Positions 13,600 to 27,440 of a stretch of DNA of 64,000 bases are shown piece by piece (the stretch's first letter is position 1; every line of letters begins with the position of its first letter). Origin of the DNA: Mytilus californianus (taxonomy: Eukaryota); NCBI RefSeq assembly GCF_021869535.1, contig NW_026262582.1, positions 18,910,001-18,974,000 on the forward strand, given 5' to 3'. The position numbers were made by a program, and so were the translations under genes. A model generated the notes under the pieces. That model searched no databases and was not told where the DNA came from. It saw only the letters and a list, made by a program, of their open reading frames with translations.

Positions 13600-15300
13600 A
13601 TTGAATCTGTTGGGAGAATTACATCGGATTTTTATACATACGCTAGCTTTCTGGAGTATAAACCATATTTTTCAACTTTTTAAAACTATGTGTTATTTTA
13701 TTTCCTTGTTTCAGTTAGTGGTAATAGTAATTTGCCTGTTTAGGTTTATTAATATGTTTTTTTTACATTACTGGATGACATATGGATTCAAAAAGGCAAA
13801 GGGGGAAATTGTCCGCATGGGAAACGGGTTGTTTTATACTTGTATTTGTGGGGCTCTTTATAGCTTGCTGTTCGGTGTGAGCCAAGGCTCGGTGTTGAAG
13901 GTCGTACCTTGACCCATAATTGTTTACTTTTTACACATTGTGACTTGGATGGATACATGTAGTTGTCTCATTTTCACTCATACCACATCTTCTTATTTAT
14001 ATTAACTCCACCATAGTTTGTGCTGTTAGTTCTAGTTCGTCCTTGCTTGTTCGTCTAATTTTACGGATTAAACGGTGTTGGTCGTACTTCCGGTTACTTT
14101 TCATTTATCATATTATCATATTAGCTGTCTATTGTAGCGTTTCAATAACAAATTTCAATATTCAAGTTGTTTATACCTTTAGGTCATATATGAGAGATAA
14201 GTACAGTGCAAGGAATCCTTTTAATGTTTATAAAATATAAACTTCGATCCATTATATAGTATTCAAGGAAGACATTTTCAAAATACTATTAAATTGTCGT
14301 CAACATGTTGTGGATATAAAGGGCTTTACTTAACTTATAATTTTTCTAGGCAGACATGCTTGTTGTTCAAAATGTCAATAAAGAAATATTTCTAATATGT
14401 TACTGGTAAAATGGCACAGTTTTTTAGGGCAATATAGCAGCCGTTTATAACATACTAAAACCCTTCTGAGCTTAAGTCAGAAACAAAGCCAGTAGAATGC
14501 AGATCCAATTTATCAATAGCTAATTAACGATTGAACATAATACAAAGCAATTATATCATTTGAAAGTCAGTTAAGTGACATTTATTACAGAAAATGCAAT
14601 AAAAAGACCGATTTTTGAGTAGTGGCTCACACATAATTACATAATTACATAATTAAGTTATACCCCAAGAGAATGCAATTTTGACAGTATCATAGGTTTA
14701 AGCCAAATGCACGTTATCCATCGACTTTTAACTACTGTGCTTGTATTTTATTTTAAACATCAATAGTTACCGTCGCCTTACTTTAATGTAAAACGATGAA
14801 TGACTGATACAATGCTCTACATTTCCTTATTTCCATATCAATTGTCGACCATATACAGATTGCATTTTTTAATCCCAATGGTCTTCTATAAAATCACAAA
14901 TGAAATTTTGATACAACTCTGTAATTAAGCGAGGCAATATGGGATTCTGTTCGCAAGTTCGTAAATTTAATCCGGTTGTTATTACATCATCTTCGAATGA
15001 TCTCATAAAAATTGGGAGACATAATTAAACAATAAGTGGAAATCCTAAAAGACATATAATCTTCATATAGCATGTGATTACATCCGTTAATAATGTAAAC
15101 ATCAGATAGTTTTTAAGACTTACTCAAACACATTTTTTTCGTCCTTCATTAGTTTGACATTAATGCGTAATTTAGTGATAACAATTTTGAATAGCTTGCT
15201 CATTTTCAGAATACATGTATACCAATTTTTTTCTTCACAAATTCTTTTTTGCTTAGTTCTATAGAAATAGTATGTATGCATGCCTCCGTCATTTAATGAC
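13600..15300 (+). pseudogene. Type C (3' part) plus C' relic copy
   Basis: FQLVVIVICLF in ORF 13550..13912, YMRDKY in ORF 14043..14240, TFITENAIKRP at 14578, SSFISLTLM at ~15140; collinear with 29050-30750. Confidence 0.4.
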
Positions 15301-15654
15301 ATCTCGGAATTCTTGGTCCTAAAGGTCGTCAACTTTGAACTTTATTTAACCTTTATACTTGTTATTCAAGAGTTACTGATGAGTCTTTGGTAGAAGTAAC
15401 GCGTGTCTGGCGTAAAATATTAGGAGCATGGTATCCGTTTGATAAACAAAATACAGTGTCTAGTTTAAGGACAGTATTATCGAAATAATACTTGTGTTAT
15501 ATATTAGAGTTGATGTGTTATTTACGTATGTCCTCTTTGTATGCCTTCCGTAAACTTTCATTTAAATGACCAATAAAGGTTCTATGAAAATAAACATACT
15601 TAATATTTTTCAAGAGCATTGATTCACTAAGAACATCTTTTCTTCCATTTCTAA

Positions 15655-15892
15655 TGCAAATACATCTATGTTTTTTAAAATGAAGCAAGCTATTCAAATA
15701 CAGCTTGCAGTATCAACAAATCACATATTTCTGTCACACTATTACAGAATCAGTGTGTCAGGAAAAGGAAATTCTTTATGGGTTTTTTGAAAACCACGAA
15801 TGACGTTGACATAGCGGATGTAATAAAATTATATTTAAGGATCGAATATCTTTTCAATTTCCGTTTTTGTTATTTAACATGTCGATAAAAAA
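15655..15892 (-). repeat. Inverted paralog of the type C module (second copy at about 31000-31240)
   Basis: Its reverse complement (tatcgac..aagatattcgatcctt..attacatccg..ctgacac..tttgaatagcttgcttcatttt) aligns with forward modules at 15020-15215 and 28760-28980. Confidence 0.7.
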
Positions 15893-17404
15893 AATAGTAT
15901 TATTATAGAAAAGATATATTGCTACACTCAAATATCATACAATATACATGTAGTTATGACTGTATCATGTCAGGAATATGACAGTAGTTTTCAATTTGTT
16001 GTGTTGGCTGATATAGGCGAGCATTTGATTTTGTCAAGTTTTATGGAGTTCACCTTTTTTTTTTAGTTATCTTGAAGGTCGGTATTTTGTTCATACTTTT
16101 TTCTTTTTTGAACATTAAAAGAAAATATTTTTGCCATTATAAAGTTTGAAATTCTACATTTAAATATATGCTCATGAAAAGCTATTGTGTTATTTATATG
16201 GTAATACTGAGGACAAAAATAACAAAAATGTTACAAATAAGCTGAGATTTGTTGTCATTAAGATGATGCAACAAAAACGTCAACATTTCAGCAAAATATT
16301 TAGAGTAAATTTGAATAGAACAACAAAAACAAAAATTAAAAAAAATATGTCTGCGATTTGATTATTGAAAAACAATTGAAAAAGCAACGCTTTATGTTGT
16401 CATGACATAGAAGTCCCTTCATAATATAAGTTCCAAGAAGAAATATTCTGTAATACTATTTTAACTGGAACAAATATTTCGCAGTTAAAGGAAAAGGTTA
16501 CTTGATGTAACTCCGTTGATATAGGTTATGAATTCCATTATTTGTTTTGTTGTTCTCAGTTGATAAACGAACAGGTTCAAAGCAAATATTTACAAAGACC
16601 ATTTTTTTGTCAATTAAATCACTGTTTGGTAATGAGAAAATAAAACAGCTTTGAAAAAATTGTGTTTATTCATTGAGTGTATTAATAAAAGGGTTAGTCC
16701 CAACTAGTAAAAGTATATTGTCATACTCAATTTGTTAATATTTCGTTTAACTGTTTATGGGCAAGGTTGGTACACACAAATTTTGCATACTTTACTATAA
16801 CTTTCATCATACAAACAACGTATTGTTAATGATACAATAATCCAAGATCCAACCATCATTACAATAACAATATTCGATTAAGTAATAGTAATTTATAGTA
16901 ACTTGATACAATTTTATTGATTATGTAAACGATAAATTGAGTGGAATAGTATCATTATAATAACAGGTATAGGGTAATTTGTCAGTCTGATACTAAATAC
17001 ATTTTTCAGAGATGAGTATAACCACTACAATATTGAGAAATAGTCTTAAAGAATATGTAAATTGAAAATCTATTTAAAAATAAAGTGTAAAAAAAAAAAA
17101 AAAAATCAAGTAAGATAAACAATAAAAGATTGTAAAACATAGTTAATCTATTCATGTTACCTTATTTAGTAGCAAAGTAAACAAATAAAACAGACCAAAT
17201 GAACTGCCAGAATATTTGTGGATTTTTTGTCATCAAGAACGCTTAAAGGATAATTAAAAAGCATACTGTATAATAACAGAAAATGGTTTAATCAACATAA
17301 AAAGCATAACCTTATTAACAAATATCAAGAAAGTGTCCTATGACAATAATACAAATGATCAAAAATATTTAATGGGGGCATTTATTTCTTAGTTTGATTT
17401 TCAA

Positions 17405-17490
17405 CAAGTTTGCACTTTTACTTTTTGGACGATAATGTTCCTTTGGGATCATCTTACAGTGTTTATAAATGTTCCAACTCTTTTGCTATT
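17405..17490 (+). mobile_element. Small Penelope-like fragment downstream of RT
   Basis: FLDDNVPLGSSYSVY resembles the recalled consensus FLDGDVPLSPSYGVYISQL. Confidence 0.45.
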
Positions 17491-18139
17491 CCTGTCACTG
17501 TAGCATGTGGAGTGACGTTTGATATTGTTATGATCGTGATATATGTATCGTATCTGTACTTTATGTCTAAGTCCTTTTCTTATTTGTTTTTTATGTGTTT
17601 TGTGTCGATTTATTGTGTCAAACCCTTCCAACTGATTTTAAAGTTTGTTTTTATGTTGTACTGTTACTGTCTCAGGTCCTGCTTTCATATTATGTTTGCT
17701 CCTGTTCCAATTCGGGAGACTGTTATCCAGTGATTGTCATTTACTGTATATCATATTTTATTTCCGCTTATTGTTTTGTACATAAATCATGCCAGTAGTT
17801 TTCTCATTTGAATTTTTTACATTAAATGGAGCCCTTCATAGCTTATAATGCGGTATGGATTCTACTTATTGTTGAAAGCCGTACAGTCATCTATAGTCTC
17901 TGGCTAAAATTGTCTCCACATCGTCTTATTTTAATAATAAAACAGTTTTTTTATTGCTGCTACTGGGGTCAAAATCTGTTATCATAAATCAATATAGTAT
18001 TTTTAACTTAAATCAAGAACGATGTCATCAAAATAAGTAATAACTGTCTTGTTGCCAATCGTTTTCTGTTGTCTTTGGTTTATTTACGTTCGAATTATCT
18101 GATATTTCACCAGAAGTTTTATGAAGACGTAAATTTTAG

Positions 18140-18900
18140 GTGAAACACAATAATTATAGCAAATAGCTTTGTTTTGACATTATCAACATATGAACGTAGG
18201 ATACTGATAGCATTTCTTTTGTATCCCGTTTAATAAATGAGGTCAACAACACAGTATGTATTACCTTAATGATCTAATAGAGATAACATTAGTGTTAACC
18301 TAGAGCACCAGGAAGCACATTATATGCACTAGATAGATTATTACAATACAGAATGGGGAGATCAGACATGTCAACATTAGCCTTATTATCCGATGGACAT
18401 AAACAAAAACTGATCAATATTGTATTGACCTAGAATAAGCAGGACGTAAACGATATGATGATTAATGTTCCATCAAGCACAACATAAAAAAAAAGGCTAA
18501 CGGGTCTTTTTCATTAGGCAGATTTAAATACAAGATATATGCTTATATTTATATGGAGTTTTACATTTCTTTTGTTGGTTATTTTATCTTCCATAAGTTT
18601 ACGAAGCAAGCTAACATAAAGCAGAGGTGTTACATTTATTTTCAAAAGCGCGTTCATGGATTGCCAGCCGCAAGGAAAGATTAAGATAATTTTGTGAAAT
18701 AAACCATGATAATGATTGTAAAAGAGTTTTAACATTGTCCAGGCTTTTATGCCTTCCATTCCTTTCATTATTTATTAATTTACTTTATTTATTTAATTAA
18801 GCTCCCCTTTTCCGTATGGCAAGTATGAACGATTTTGATCACTTGGATGGTTGAAAGAGACATTATATCAATTAAGCCGCAATAAATGTACATAATATCA
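18140..18900 (+). pseudogene. TIR-like part of a type A TLR relic
   Basis: tttgacattatcaacatatgaacgtaggatactgat (FDII..YERR) and TLALLSDGHKQKLINIVL match 25057-25290 and 3540-3800. Confidence 0.5.
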
Positions 18901-19610
18901 ACTCGCCGAACCAACATGACAAGCAACGCTTAACCATAAAACATAGAAGAAAAATGCAACCAATCGCTTATGTCTTGAGATTCATTATAGATAAAGAAAT
19001 CTGGAGACTAATGTAAAGAATGTCGATATCGGCCCATGGTCCATTTCAACCAAATTTTCAGACGACTTGTTTCAGATGTTGCAATTAACTGATGTTTTTC
19101 ATCATTTTATATTTGTTTTGTTTGCTAACATTTTTTTAAACTGTATTATAGATAGAGACAAACTATAATCAGAAAACATGATCAACAAGACAAAAAATCA
19201 ATAAGAGGTCGGCAAAATGCACCATCATAGTGCCACAACCATTAGTTCAATTATAATGATTTTATCAAATTCTTTGTTCGGTCAGCACACAGTTGGTACA
19301 TGTATCAACATATCGATTCACAGCTGCACAAATAAAATAACACTGTTAACTCTGAGTACCAATAATTACAATTTATTGTTCTTGAAGGATTATGACAAGA
19401 CAAAATGGTAAGATCAGACATGTCAACAATAGCCTTTTTATCTAATGGACGTACACTGAACTGTGTTCTGAGGCTGAGCATTATAAAGGAATTTTTCAAA
19501 TAAAGAGTTATAAACTCCATGATCATTAATATTTTGTTGTGTTGGTACAACATTATCATATTTGTATATGCAAGACAAGAACTCGGAAGACACTTGCAAA
19601 ATATTGACAC
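18900..19610 (+). pseudogene. Decayed type B receptor copy (internally deleted)
   Basis: LSDDLFQMLQL-like segment (FSDDLFQMLQL, ~19057) and ORF 19217..19411 ending TLSTNNYNLLFLKDYDKTKW. Confidence 0.45.
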
Positions 19611-20989
19611 GTCAGGTTAGATATATTTGTGTATGTATAATATTTTGTATGTGCCGTCTAATGAAAGGTAACTATTATGTTCCATTTTAGATCAAAGGCG
19701 CTTACTGGGGGATAGAAATATGATCACCGGGACGTCCCATCACACTCAGGTAGTAAAATCAGCTATGAATAGGTGCATTCCTTTGATTGAACGTGATGTA
19801 TCAATATGGAGCTACGACAAAATGTTTCATGCCATAACCCATTGAAAGGTTGTTTTAACCACAAGCAACGTCTTTGTTAAAGTACATGTTTATTACTAAA
19901 AAAGTATTTATGATACTAACTCAACCACAAATTCATGGTGATGCTTGTTCAGATGTAGAATGAAATCTTACAGTCGTTATTTCCATTTTGTCTGCTTATA
20001 TAATGTTTGTCGTAAAAAAATTAGAATAAGACAGCACCCCGATTTTAAAAACTAAAGAAAAAATAACACAACATTGACAGCATAACCAACACGTGTCCCT
20101 TTCTATGAAAACTAGGGGTCAACGCAAGTGTTTCAGAAGGGGTGTAGTTTTTGAACAACTGTTAGCACGAGTTGAGTTACTCATTGCAAGTAGAAGTCGG
20201 TGATGAGTCGTATTATTTTATTGATCGTCTTTATCCACAGTCGAGGAAAAAGAAAGGATTGTGGCAAGAAAAGGTGGAACATATGAATTATAATTAGTGA
20301 CGCAGGCAACATCGATGTATCATGGAAACACAATCCTAAGAACATCGTATGAACTGCAAAGTGCAATTCGACGAAAGAAATAACTATCAGCAGATCATTG
20401 TCTGATTTTAGTTCATTTCCCATTTTTGGGGGCCATTTTGAAATTTTCCGCCATTTAAATAAAAGTTTTAAAGTCTAATATACCGCTATGACTTACTAGA
20501 AACGTTGCATTGAATTTTATATGCTTTTAAAAGATTTGATTTGAATAGTATTTTCTTTAATTTATACATGGTGGTGTAATTTTGACTGATTGGCAGCCAT
20601 CTTGTAAATGGCCGCCATATTGAGTTTTTCAGAGTGGGTCCATAACCTAAATTGACTACCATATATAGATTTACAATTGTGCAAAGTTTCATGCTTTTAT
20701 CATCAAACCAACAAGTCTCCTAAAAATATGCACGAATCAGCTGGACTATGGCGTTGTCAGTTTATTTCTTATTTATGAGTTTGAGTGTCCCTTTGGTATC
20801 TTCCCGCCTCTTTTTTTCTTTTCCTTGCTTTTTTTGTAATGTCTTAAAGAGGTCAATAACAATGGAAGTTAAATATTTGATCTCGAGATAGTTCTTTATC
20901 TTTCAACACCACAAATGTATATACATGCTATGTGCTAACTAAAGTCAAAATGGTAATTTTTTTGATTGGCTTTCACAAAATATTGCCGA

Positions 20990-23160
20990 TTTCAATTTAA
21001 GGATACTCTATGGCCATTGCATATCTTATAAGATAGTCAAAATAGTTACCAATAACATGATCAAGGGGGTCCTTAATAACAGGACATCCACACATCATCG
21101 GACAAACTATTGCATTATTTCGGGAGGTCATTGAATATATCAGGATACCGTTAATGTTTTTGGAGCTAATTATACTTTAGAATATCCATAAAATTGCTTT
21201 TGTGTCATGCATTGGAGATTAATTGAGCGTAAGTTATCCTCTAAGCGTGTATAAAACATAAATGTCGATCGATAGAAGAAAGATACTTTCTAAATAATAT
21301 TAGATAATAGTCAATATGTCATGTAAATATAAATAGACCTTTTTATGTGTAGGTAGTAAAATGATACTGTTTTTTATTTCAGCAATATAGAAGCCACTTA
21401 GAAAAAAAGAAAACCCAAAATTTCTGACCTAAAGTAGAAATCAAAGCCGATATAAATGTAAATCAAATTTATTGATCTTTACGTTTGAACGTAATACGAA
21501 GCAATTATATCATTTTAAAATTTAATTTAGTGATGTTTATGACGTAAATTGCAATGGAAAGACGCATTTTAGTGAAATGGATTACACATAGTTTTTGAAA
21601 CAAATAGGTTTTACCACCAGGGGATTAAATTTTACCAGTAATAAAAGTTTAAATAAACTATACATTATCTATCGAATTTCATCGATCTTATTTTTAACAT
21701 CGGCAAACAACTGTGACCCTAATTCATGTACATGAAATCTTATAGACATGTTAATGATTGATACAATGCTCACTACATCTCTTCATATTTTTTTATTATT
21801 AATTGTCATAATACTAATTGCATTTTTGAATCCCAACGGTCTTTTTAAAATCACAAATTTGAAGTTTCACCACAATAAATAAATTTAACGAGGTTTGATA
21901 GGATTCCGTTCGCATGTTGCTTCGTTAACCTGGTTGGTAAATAAATCACTGATTAACGTCATAAAAGTTGGAAACACAACTATCAACGAATAATATAACA
22001 AGCGGACATTGAAAAGACATTCGATCTTCAAATACCATTTCATCGTATCCGTTAATTATTCTAACATAGTCAGTTTCTTTTTAAGTCTTATACAGACTTT
22101 TTTTTTGAGACATTTTATTCATTTTTTTTCATTCATAATGTAGTTTGAAATTAATGTATGGTTTATTGATACTGAACAGCTTGGTTCATTTTTAGAATAC
22201 ATGTATACAGATGTATTTTTATCCGAAATTGAAGAAAGGCTTTATTGTACTGAGTTCCATGCACATGTATATAATATTATTTGATCTAGGTTTTATAACT
22301 GTGTGCTGTCCTTTATTTCCTTGTTGAATAAGTGGTCATCATGTTGGTAATTTGCCTGTTTATACTTGTTTGTGCGCATGTGAAACTGTTTTACAGCTGC
22401 CTTAGTTTTTGGCGGTACATGTAGCAAGTAATAAAATTGAGAATGGAAATGGGGAATGTTTCAAAGAGACAACAACCCGACCATAGAGCAGACAACATCC
22501 GAAGGCCACCAATGGGTCTTCAATTCAGCGAGAAACTCCCGCACCCGGAGGTGTCCTTCAGCTGACCCCTAAACAAATATGTATACTAGTTCAGTGATAA
22601 TGGACGTCATACTAAACTCGAAATTATACACAAGAAACTAAAATTAAAAATGATACAAGACTAACAAAGGCCAGAGGCTCCTGACTTGGGACAGGCGCAA
22701 AAATGCGGCGGGGTTAAACATGTTTTTTTAGATCTCAACCCTCCCCTATACCTCTAGCCAATGTAGAAAAAACAAACGTACAACAGTACGCACAGTAAAA
22801 CTAAGTTTAAGAGAAGTCCGAGTCCGATGTCAGAATAGGAAACAAAAGAAAATAAACAAAATGACAATAATACATAAATAACAACAGACTACTAGTAGTT
22901 ACTGACATGCCAGCTCCAGACCTCAATTTAACGCAAGTAAGACTATCTTGATAATGTGCTGTTCGTTCTGGTTCTGTTTTGCCTGTACGTGCAATGTTAC
23001 GGAGAAATCTGATTCTGTGTTGTTGGTCGTTGTTGGCCTTCGTACTGTTCAAAGCATATTTATAATTCCTGTTATCTTTTTAGTTTTTATCTAATCAAAT
23101 GTCTTTTGTGGCATTTCAATATCCAATTTCAATATGAACTTTTTTTTTGTACTTTTCGTG
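20990..23160 (+). pseudogene. Type C relic copy interrupted by an interspersed repeat
   Basis: Modules at 21437, 21540, 21817, 21963, 22246 and 22330 are collinear with 28217-29100; resumes at 22940-23160 after the insertion. Confidence 0.4.
22431..22932 (+). mobile_element. High-copy Mytilus-type interspersed repeat (AATAAAATTGAGAATGGAAATGGGG family)
   Basis: Other copies at 40102-40667 (+), 43254-43539 (-), 480-663 (-) and 6660-6846 (-). Absent from the paralogous site near 29345. Confidence 0.8.
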
Positions 23161-23166
23161 TTATAT

Positions 23167-23540
23167 AGATATAAGAAGATGTGGTATGAGTGAACTCTCC
23201 ATCCAAGTCAAAATTTATAAAAGTAAACCATTATGGGTCAAAGTACGGTCTTCAACACTAAGCCTTGGCTCACACCAAACAGCAAGCTATAAAGGGCCCC
23301 AAAAATAACTAGTGTAAAACCATTCAAACGGGAAAACCAACGGTATAATCTTTATAAAAAACGAGAAACGAGTAACATTTATGAAAAACATCAACAATCG
23401 ACAACTACTGAACATCAGATTCCTGACTTATAACAGGTGCAAACAATTGCAGTGGGTTTAAACGTTTTAATGGTACCAAACCATCACCCTTATCTGAAAC
23501 AATAGTGTAACATCACAACATAGAAAGACACACTATAAAA
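23167..23540 (+). mobile_element. Interspersed repeat (agatataagaagatgtggtatg family)
   Basis: Related pieces at 33-80 and 6217-6263 (+); 13830-14002, 17660-17935, 32985-33140, 37785-38020, 42085-42277 and 53935-54072 (-). Confidence 0.7.
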
Positions 23541-23559
23541 AATCAATTGAAATGGCTTA

Positions 23560-25330
23560 ATCTGAAATAGCTTAGTCTGAATTTGAATAAATATAAATTT
23601 CGATGCAATATAGTGTGCATTGAAGAAAAACACTTTGAAAATAATCTTAAATTATATGGTTAATATCAAAGGTTTTCTTCCAAAAGATTTGAAGCAAGGT
23701 TGAACACTGCAAACGTGTGTTTTAAACGCGTTTTTTTTAAAATATAAAGCCTTCCGGCTAACTTTTTTTTAGGTTAATGGAGTATTTTGACACATAGTTA
23801 AAAAAAATATAACCTTGATTGTTCCGGAGAAAATGCAGTGGAGATGTAACGATATAATATGACTTTATTGATCTGAACGAGGACTTTAGAGATTTCAATG
23901 TCTTTGTCTGAAGATCTTCGAAACAATATGTATTAACTGATATATTTACAAGGTAAACATCAAGGTTATCGTATAATACATGGAATTACATTAGTTTATT
24001 TATTACATTTTTACAAGACAGAATATATACATGTATATAGTACCATCATAATTGTCATCTGTTACTGTCAGACGTAGACAGGGTGTGAGTTTTAAATTCG
24101 ATAAAATAAATCTGCATTATGTGCAGGAAGAGGGAGTTGAACTATTTCATTATTGATGTTCATTAGTGATCACCGGATCACAGACCAAAAAATTGACAAG
24201 GATATTGAAATAAGCCTCTCCAATCCGACAAAAAACATATGCTCATGCCGCAGTATGACTGTTGTACGAAACTTTATGCTGTGTATTAAGGGAGTGCAAC
24301 TCTCTACACTACGAAGAATCTTTGCAACCAATCGCTGATGGGTCCGTAGATAGGTAATTGTTAGTCTAAATTTCGGTCTCTATCCAAAATCTCTTGGTTT
24401 TAAGTTATAATCTAACCTTAACCTGAAAACTGGACATCGCTGGCAAACATTAATTTTGAAGAACTACGTATTCCTTTTGCATGCAATACTTATTTGTATT
24501 CGTCTTCAATATGAAAGAGTATTCATCAATGAACATTTAGCAAACACTTATCAAACAAATAACTTCATTACTTGTTCAATGCAACGAAATGTTCCTAGCT
24601 GGATCACCTGAGCTATACAAGAAAAAAACGTTGATCGTGATTTGTATTCTTAGTTGGGTGTAGTATGTGTTTTTTTCTATTTTTGGTACGAGTCAAATAA
24701 TCAAGCTTAAGCAATACAACATACGTTTTGCTTTCGATGAACATTTCTTGACTAAATACCACCTTGAAATTTGACAGATATTTGTGTGATGCCCAATAGG
24801 TTGAATAAATTTCAAAACTTAAAGGATGCTATGTTAATATTTTATTTTTTGCTCTAAGTTACTTCATTTCTTTAATGCATCATATTATTTGTTTGTTTAT
24901 TTAATCATAATATTTTTTGTTTATTATTACTAGGCTATAGTTATAGAAAGAACGTTACAGATTGGGCCTCGGTGTTCAACAAATAACAAACATGCGGGGC
25001 TCAATGTAGACCATAACAGTGATATGAAACACTAAAATTATAGCAAAAAACTCTGATTTGACATTATCATAATATGAACGTAAGATACTGATATAATTTC
25101 TAGGATTCACATTGTGATAACAAACATAGTTTGTATTCCTCTTTTACTTACACAGATAGCATCGTTGTTAACTTAAAGCACCATTATATGTACAAGGAGT
25201 ATGACAAGACAAAATGGAAAGATCAGACGTGTCAACATTAGCCTTATTAACGATGGACATAAACAAAAGCTGATAAATATTTAATTGACTTGAAATAAAC
25301 AGGACGTTGTGATGTTCAATTGATCAACAC
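23560..25330 (+). pseudogene. Decayed Toll-like receptor, type A, best-preserved copy (LRR-LRRCT-TM-TIR order)
   Basis: Translation across stops/frameshifts: LRR-like SLPANFFLG (23748), NLDCSG (23811), VQLSTLRRIFATNR (24294), QNLLVLSYNL..KLDIAG (24385), EMFLAGSP (~24586). LRRCT-like DRDLYS..WV (24633) and ICVMPNRLNKFQNLK (24780). Hydrophobic CIILFVCLF..FCLLLLGYSYRK (24877-24950). TIR-like FDIII/YERK (25057), DSIVVNL..EYDKTKW and GHKQKLINI. Confidence 0.65.
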
Positions 25331-25559
25331 ACAAGGAAAAAGCTAACGGTTTTACTTCATCATGCAAAACCGTTTGAAAGAGATATGCTTATACTAATAT
25401 ATAGTCTTACATTTCTTGCGATGGATAATTTTTATTTTTTTTTAATGTTATCTTAAACAAGTCTACGACTTCGGCTATAATATAGCAGACGTTTTTCAAT
25501 ATATACATAATCAAAATAAGGACCGTCGTTCATTTCATAATCAGTATATTCATTTATTG

Positions 25560-27440
25560 ATTTCATTTATTTAAGATCAACTTGTGAAGATGGTTATTGT
25601 AATCGATTGTCATCCCATTGAGGTGCAGGCAATTGTACAAAATTCTGTATTCACTCAGTCTCTAGGTACCAAACTATGCAACAATCATCCCTGGACCAAC
25701 ACTTCTAAATAGAACATAACAGTAAAATGTGAGTAATTGCTAAAATCGTTAACACCATTATAGATAGAGAAATCTGGAGAACAAATGCTGCAAACGTCGA
25801 TATCGATCCTCGGACCATGTTGACCAAAATTGTCAGAGGACTTTATTATAGATGATGCCCTTGAATGACGTTTTTTTTTTACCATTTTAAGTGTGTTGGC
25901 TATTATCATTAAAATATAATATAGATAGTGAGAAACTTTAAACAGACAATATGATCAGCAAGACAAACAGAAGATCACAAAAATCATCAGTCAACTCCCT
26001 AAATAATGTTTTGCTCTTTAATGAAAATGTTTTTTTTTTCCAAGTGTTTTGTTAAACCATGACTGAAGAAAGAGTGATGTAAATAATCAGCAAGACAAGA
26101 TCTGCAAATAAGTAAACATTTCTGAATTAAGTCCCTTCCGTATCAGAGTCATTGCTCTTTATTAATGCCTTTCCTCCATTTTCTACGTATTTGACTTTAA
26201 AAATAGAAGACAGAGAGAATCAGTTTACATCATGAATTACCAGGAAGACAAGACTTACAAATATCACCAAATGACAAAAATCAAGGGAATCCTTATATCA
26301 GCCGTAGTCCTTTAATAAGGATGTTAATCTATTTTTGAGTTTTTTGGGGAAAAGATATAAGCGGTTATAAACCATAAAGTACAAAAGGTATAACTTAATC
26401 CGGGCAAGGCATTTGAAAATTCCGTGTGATGTTCAAAGTGACCAAATTCGGCCGTCGACTCATTTTAGGATTTTTGCATGATGTGTGTTTTGGCTGAACT
26501 ATTGAAAACTTTAGGAACATTTATATGATGTGTATTTTGGCTAAACTATTGAAAAATTCAAGAATATTTACATTTTGAGCAATAGACAAGATCTACTGAT
26601 AAGTCAACAAGGAAATCATCAGGACCCTTTGTAGAAGTTCTTGCCATTGAATGACGAGTGTACCAATGTTTGTGTTTTGTAGAAAACCATAATAGCCGAA
26701 ACCATCCGGTGACTCGTTATATAAGTTATTACTCTGAAATGATTGTTGTTCCAAATTTCAGTGATAACTTAATATCTCAAAATAATAATAGATAGACTGA
26801 CAATTTAAACAGCAAGACACAATTTTGACTCACACATAGTCTTGTTGCGTTCTATATATTTGTGCACAAATGCCAGGTGATCAATATAAACTCCTACATA
26901 ATTCCATAGGAATCTCTTGTTTAATTTAATCTTATACTACCAATTTATCAAGAGATACTTAGGTAAACGTTTTTAATATTTTTATTGGAGTTTTGAACAA
27001 AAGACGAAGCAGATTTCAATGAGGTCCAGAAATTTGTGTGAACAACACTGTGGTTTAAGCATTAGTTAAATTATATTGATTTTATCAGATTCTTTCTGAG
27101 GTTAGCAGCACAATTTGCATCAACTATTCGATTCATAGCTGCGTAACGACAATAACATTGTTAATTTTGAGTACTAATAATTACAATTTATTACTCTTTA
27201 TCATGTTTATAGATTATGACAAGACAAAATCGAAAGATCAGACATGTCAACAATAGCCTTTTTATCTGATGGACGTAAACAAAATTGTGCTCTGAAGCTG
27301 AGAAACATTAAAAGAGTTACCAAATAAAAAGAACGATAAACTGCGTGATCATTAATGTTTTGTTGTGTCGGTACAGCATTATTAACTTCAATATAAATTC
27401 ACGAGAAGAACAAGGCAGATACTTAGACAATATTGAAATA
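25560..27440 (+). pseudogene. Decayed LRR/TIR receptor, type B copy
   Basis: LRR-like TIENFRNIY/FKNIYILSN (~26500-26580). TIR-like ICINY (27112), NDNNIVNFEY and DYDKTK..IAFLSDGRKQ (27140-27280). Same modules at 4200-5650, 11440-13350 and 18900-19610. No clear TM segment recovered. Confidence 0.5.

Noticed and set aside
13550-13912. 120 aa ORF as an intact membrane protein
   Set aside because: Starts at TTG and is a chimera of relic TM sequence and an inserted repeat; not open in paralogs.
19305-19610. Minus-strand reading DKKAIVDMSDLTILSCHN recurring in paralogs
   Set aside because: Differences between copies fall mainly at codon position 2 in that frame; the + strand frame gives silent changes and TIR-like motifs.
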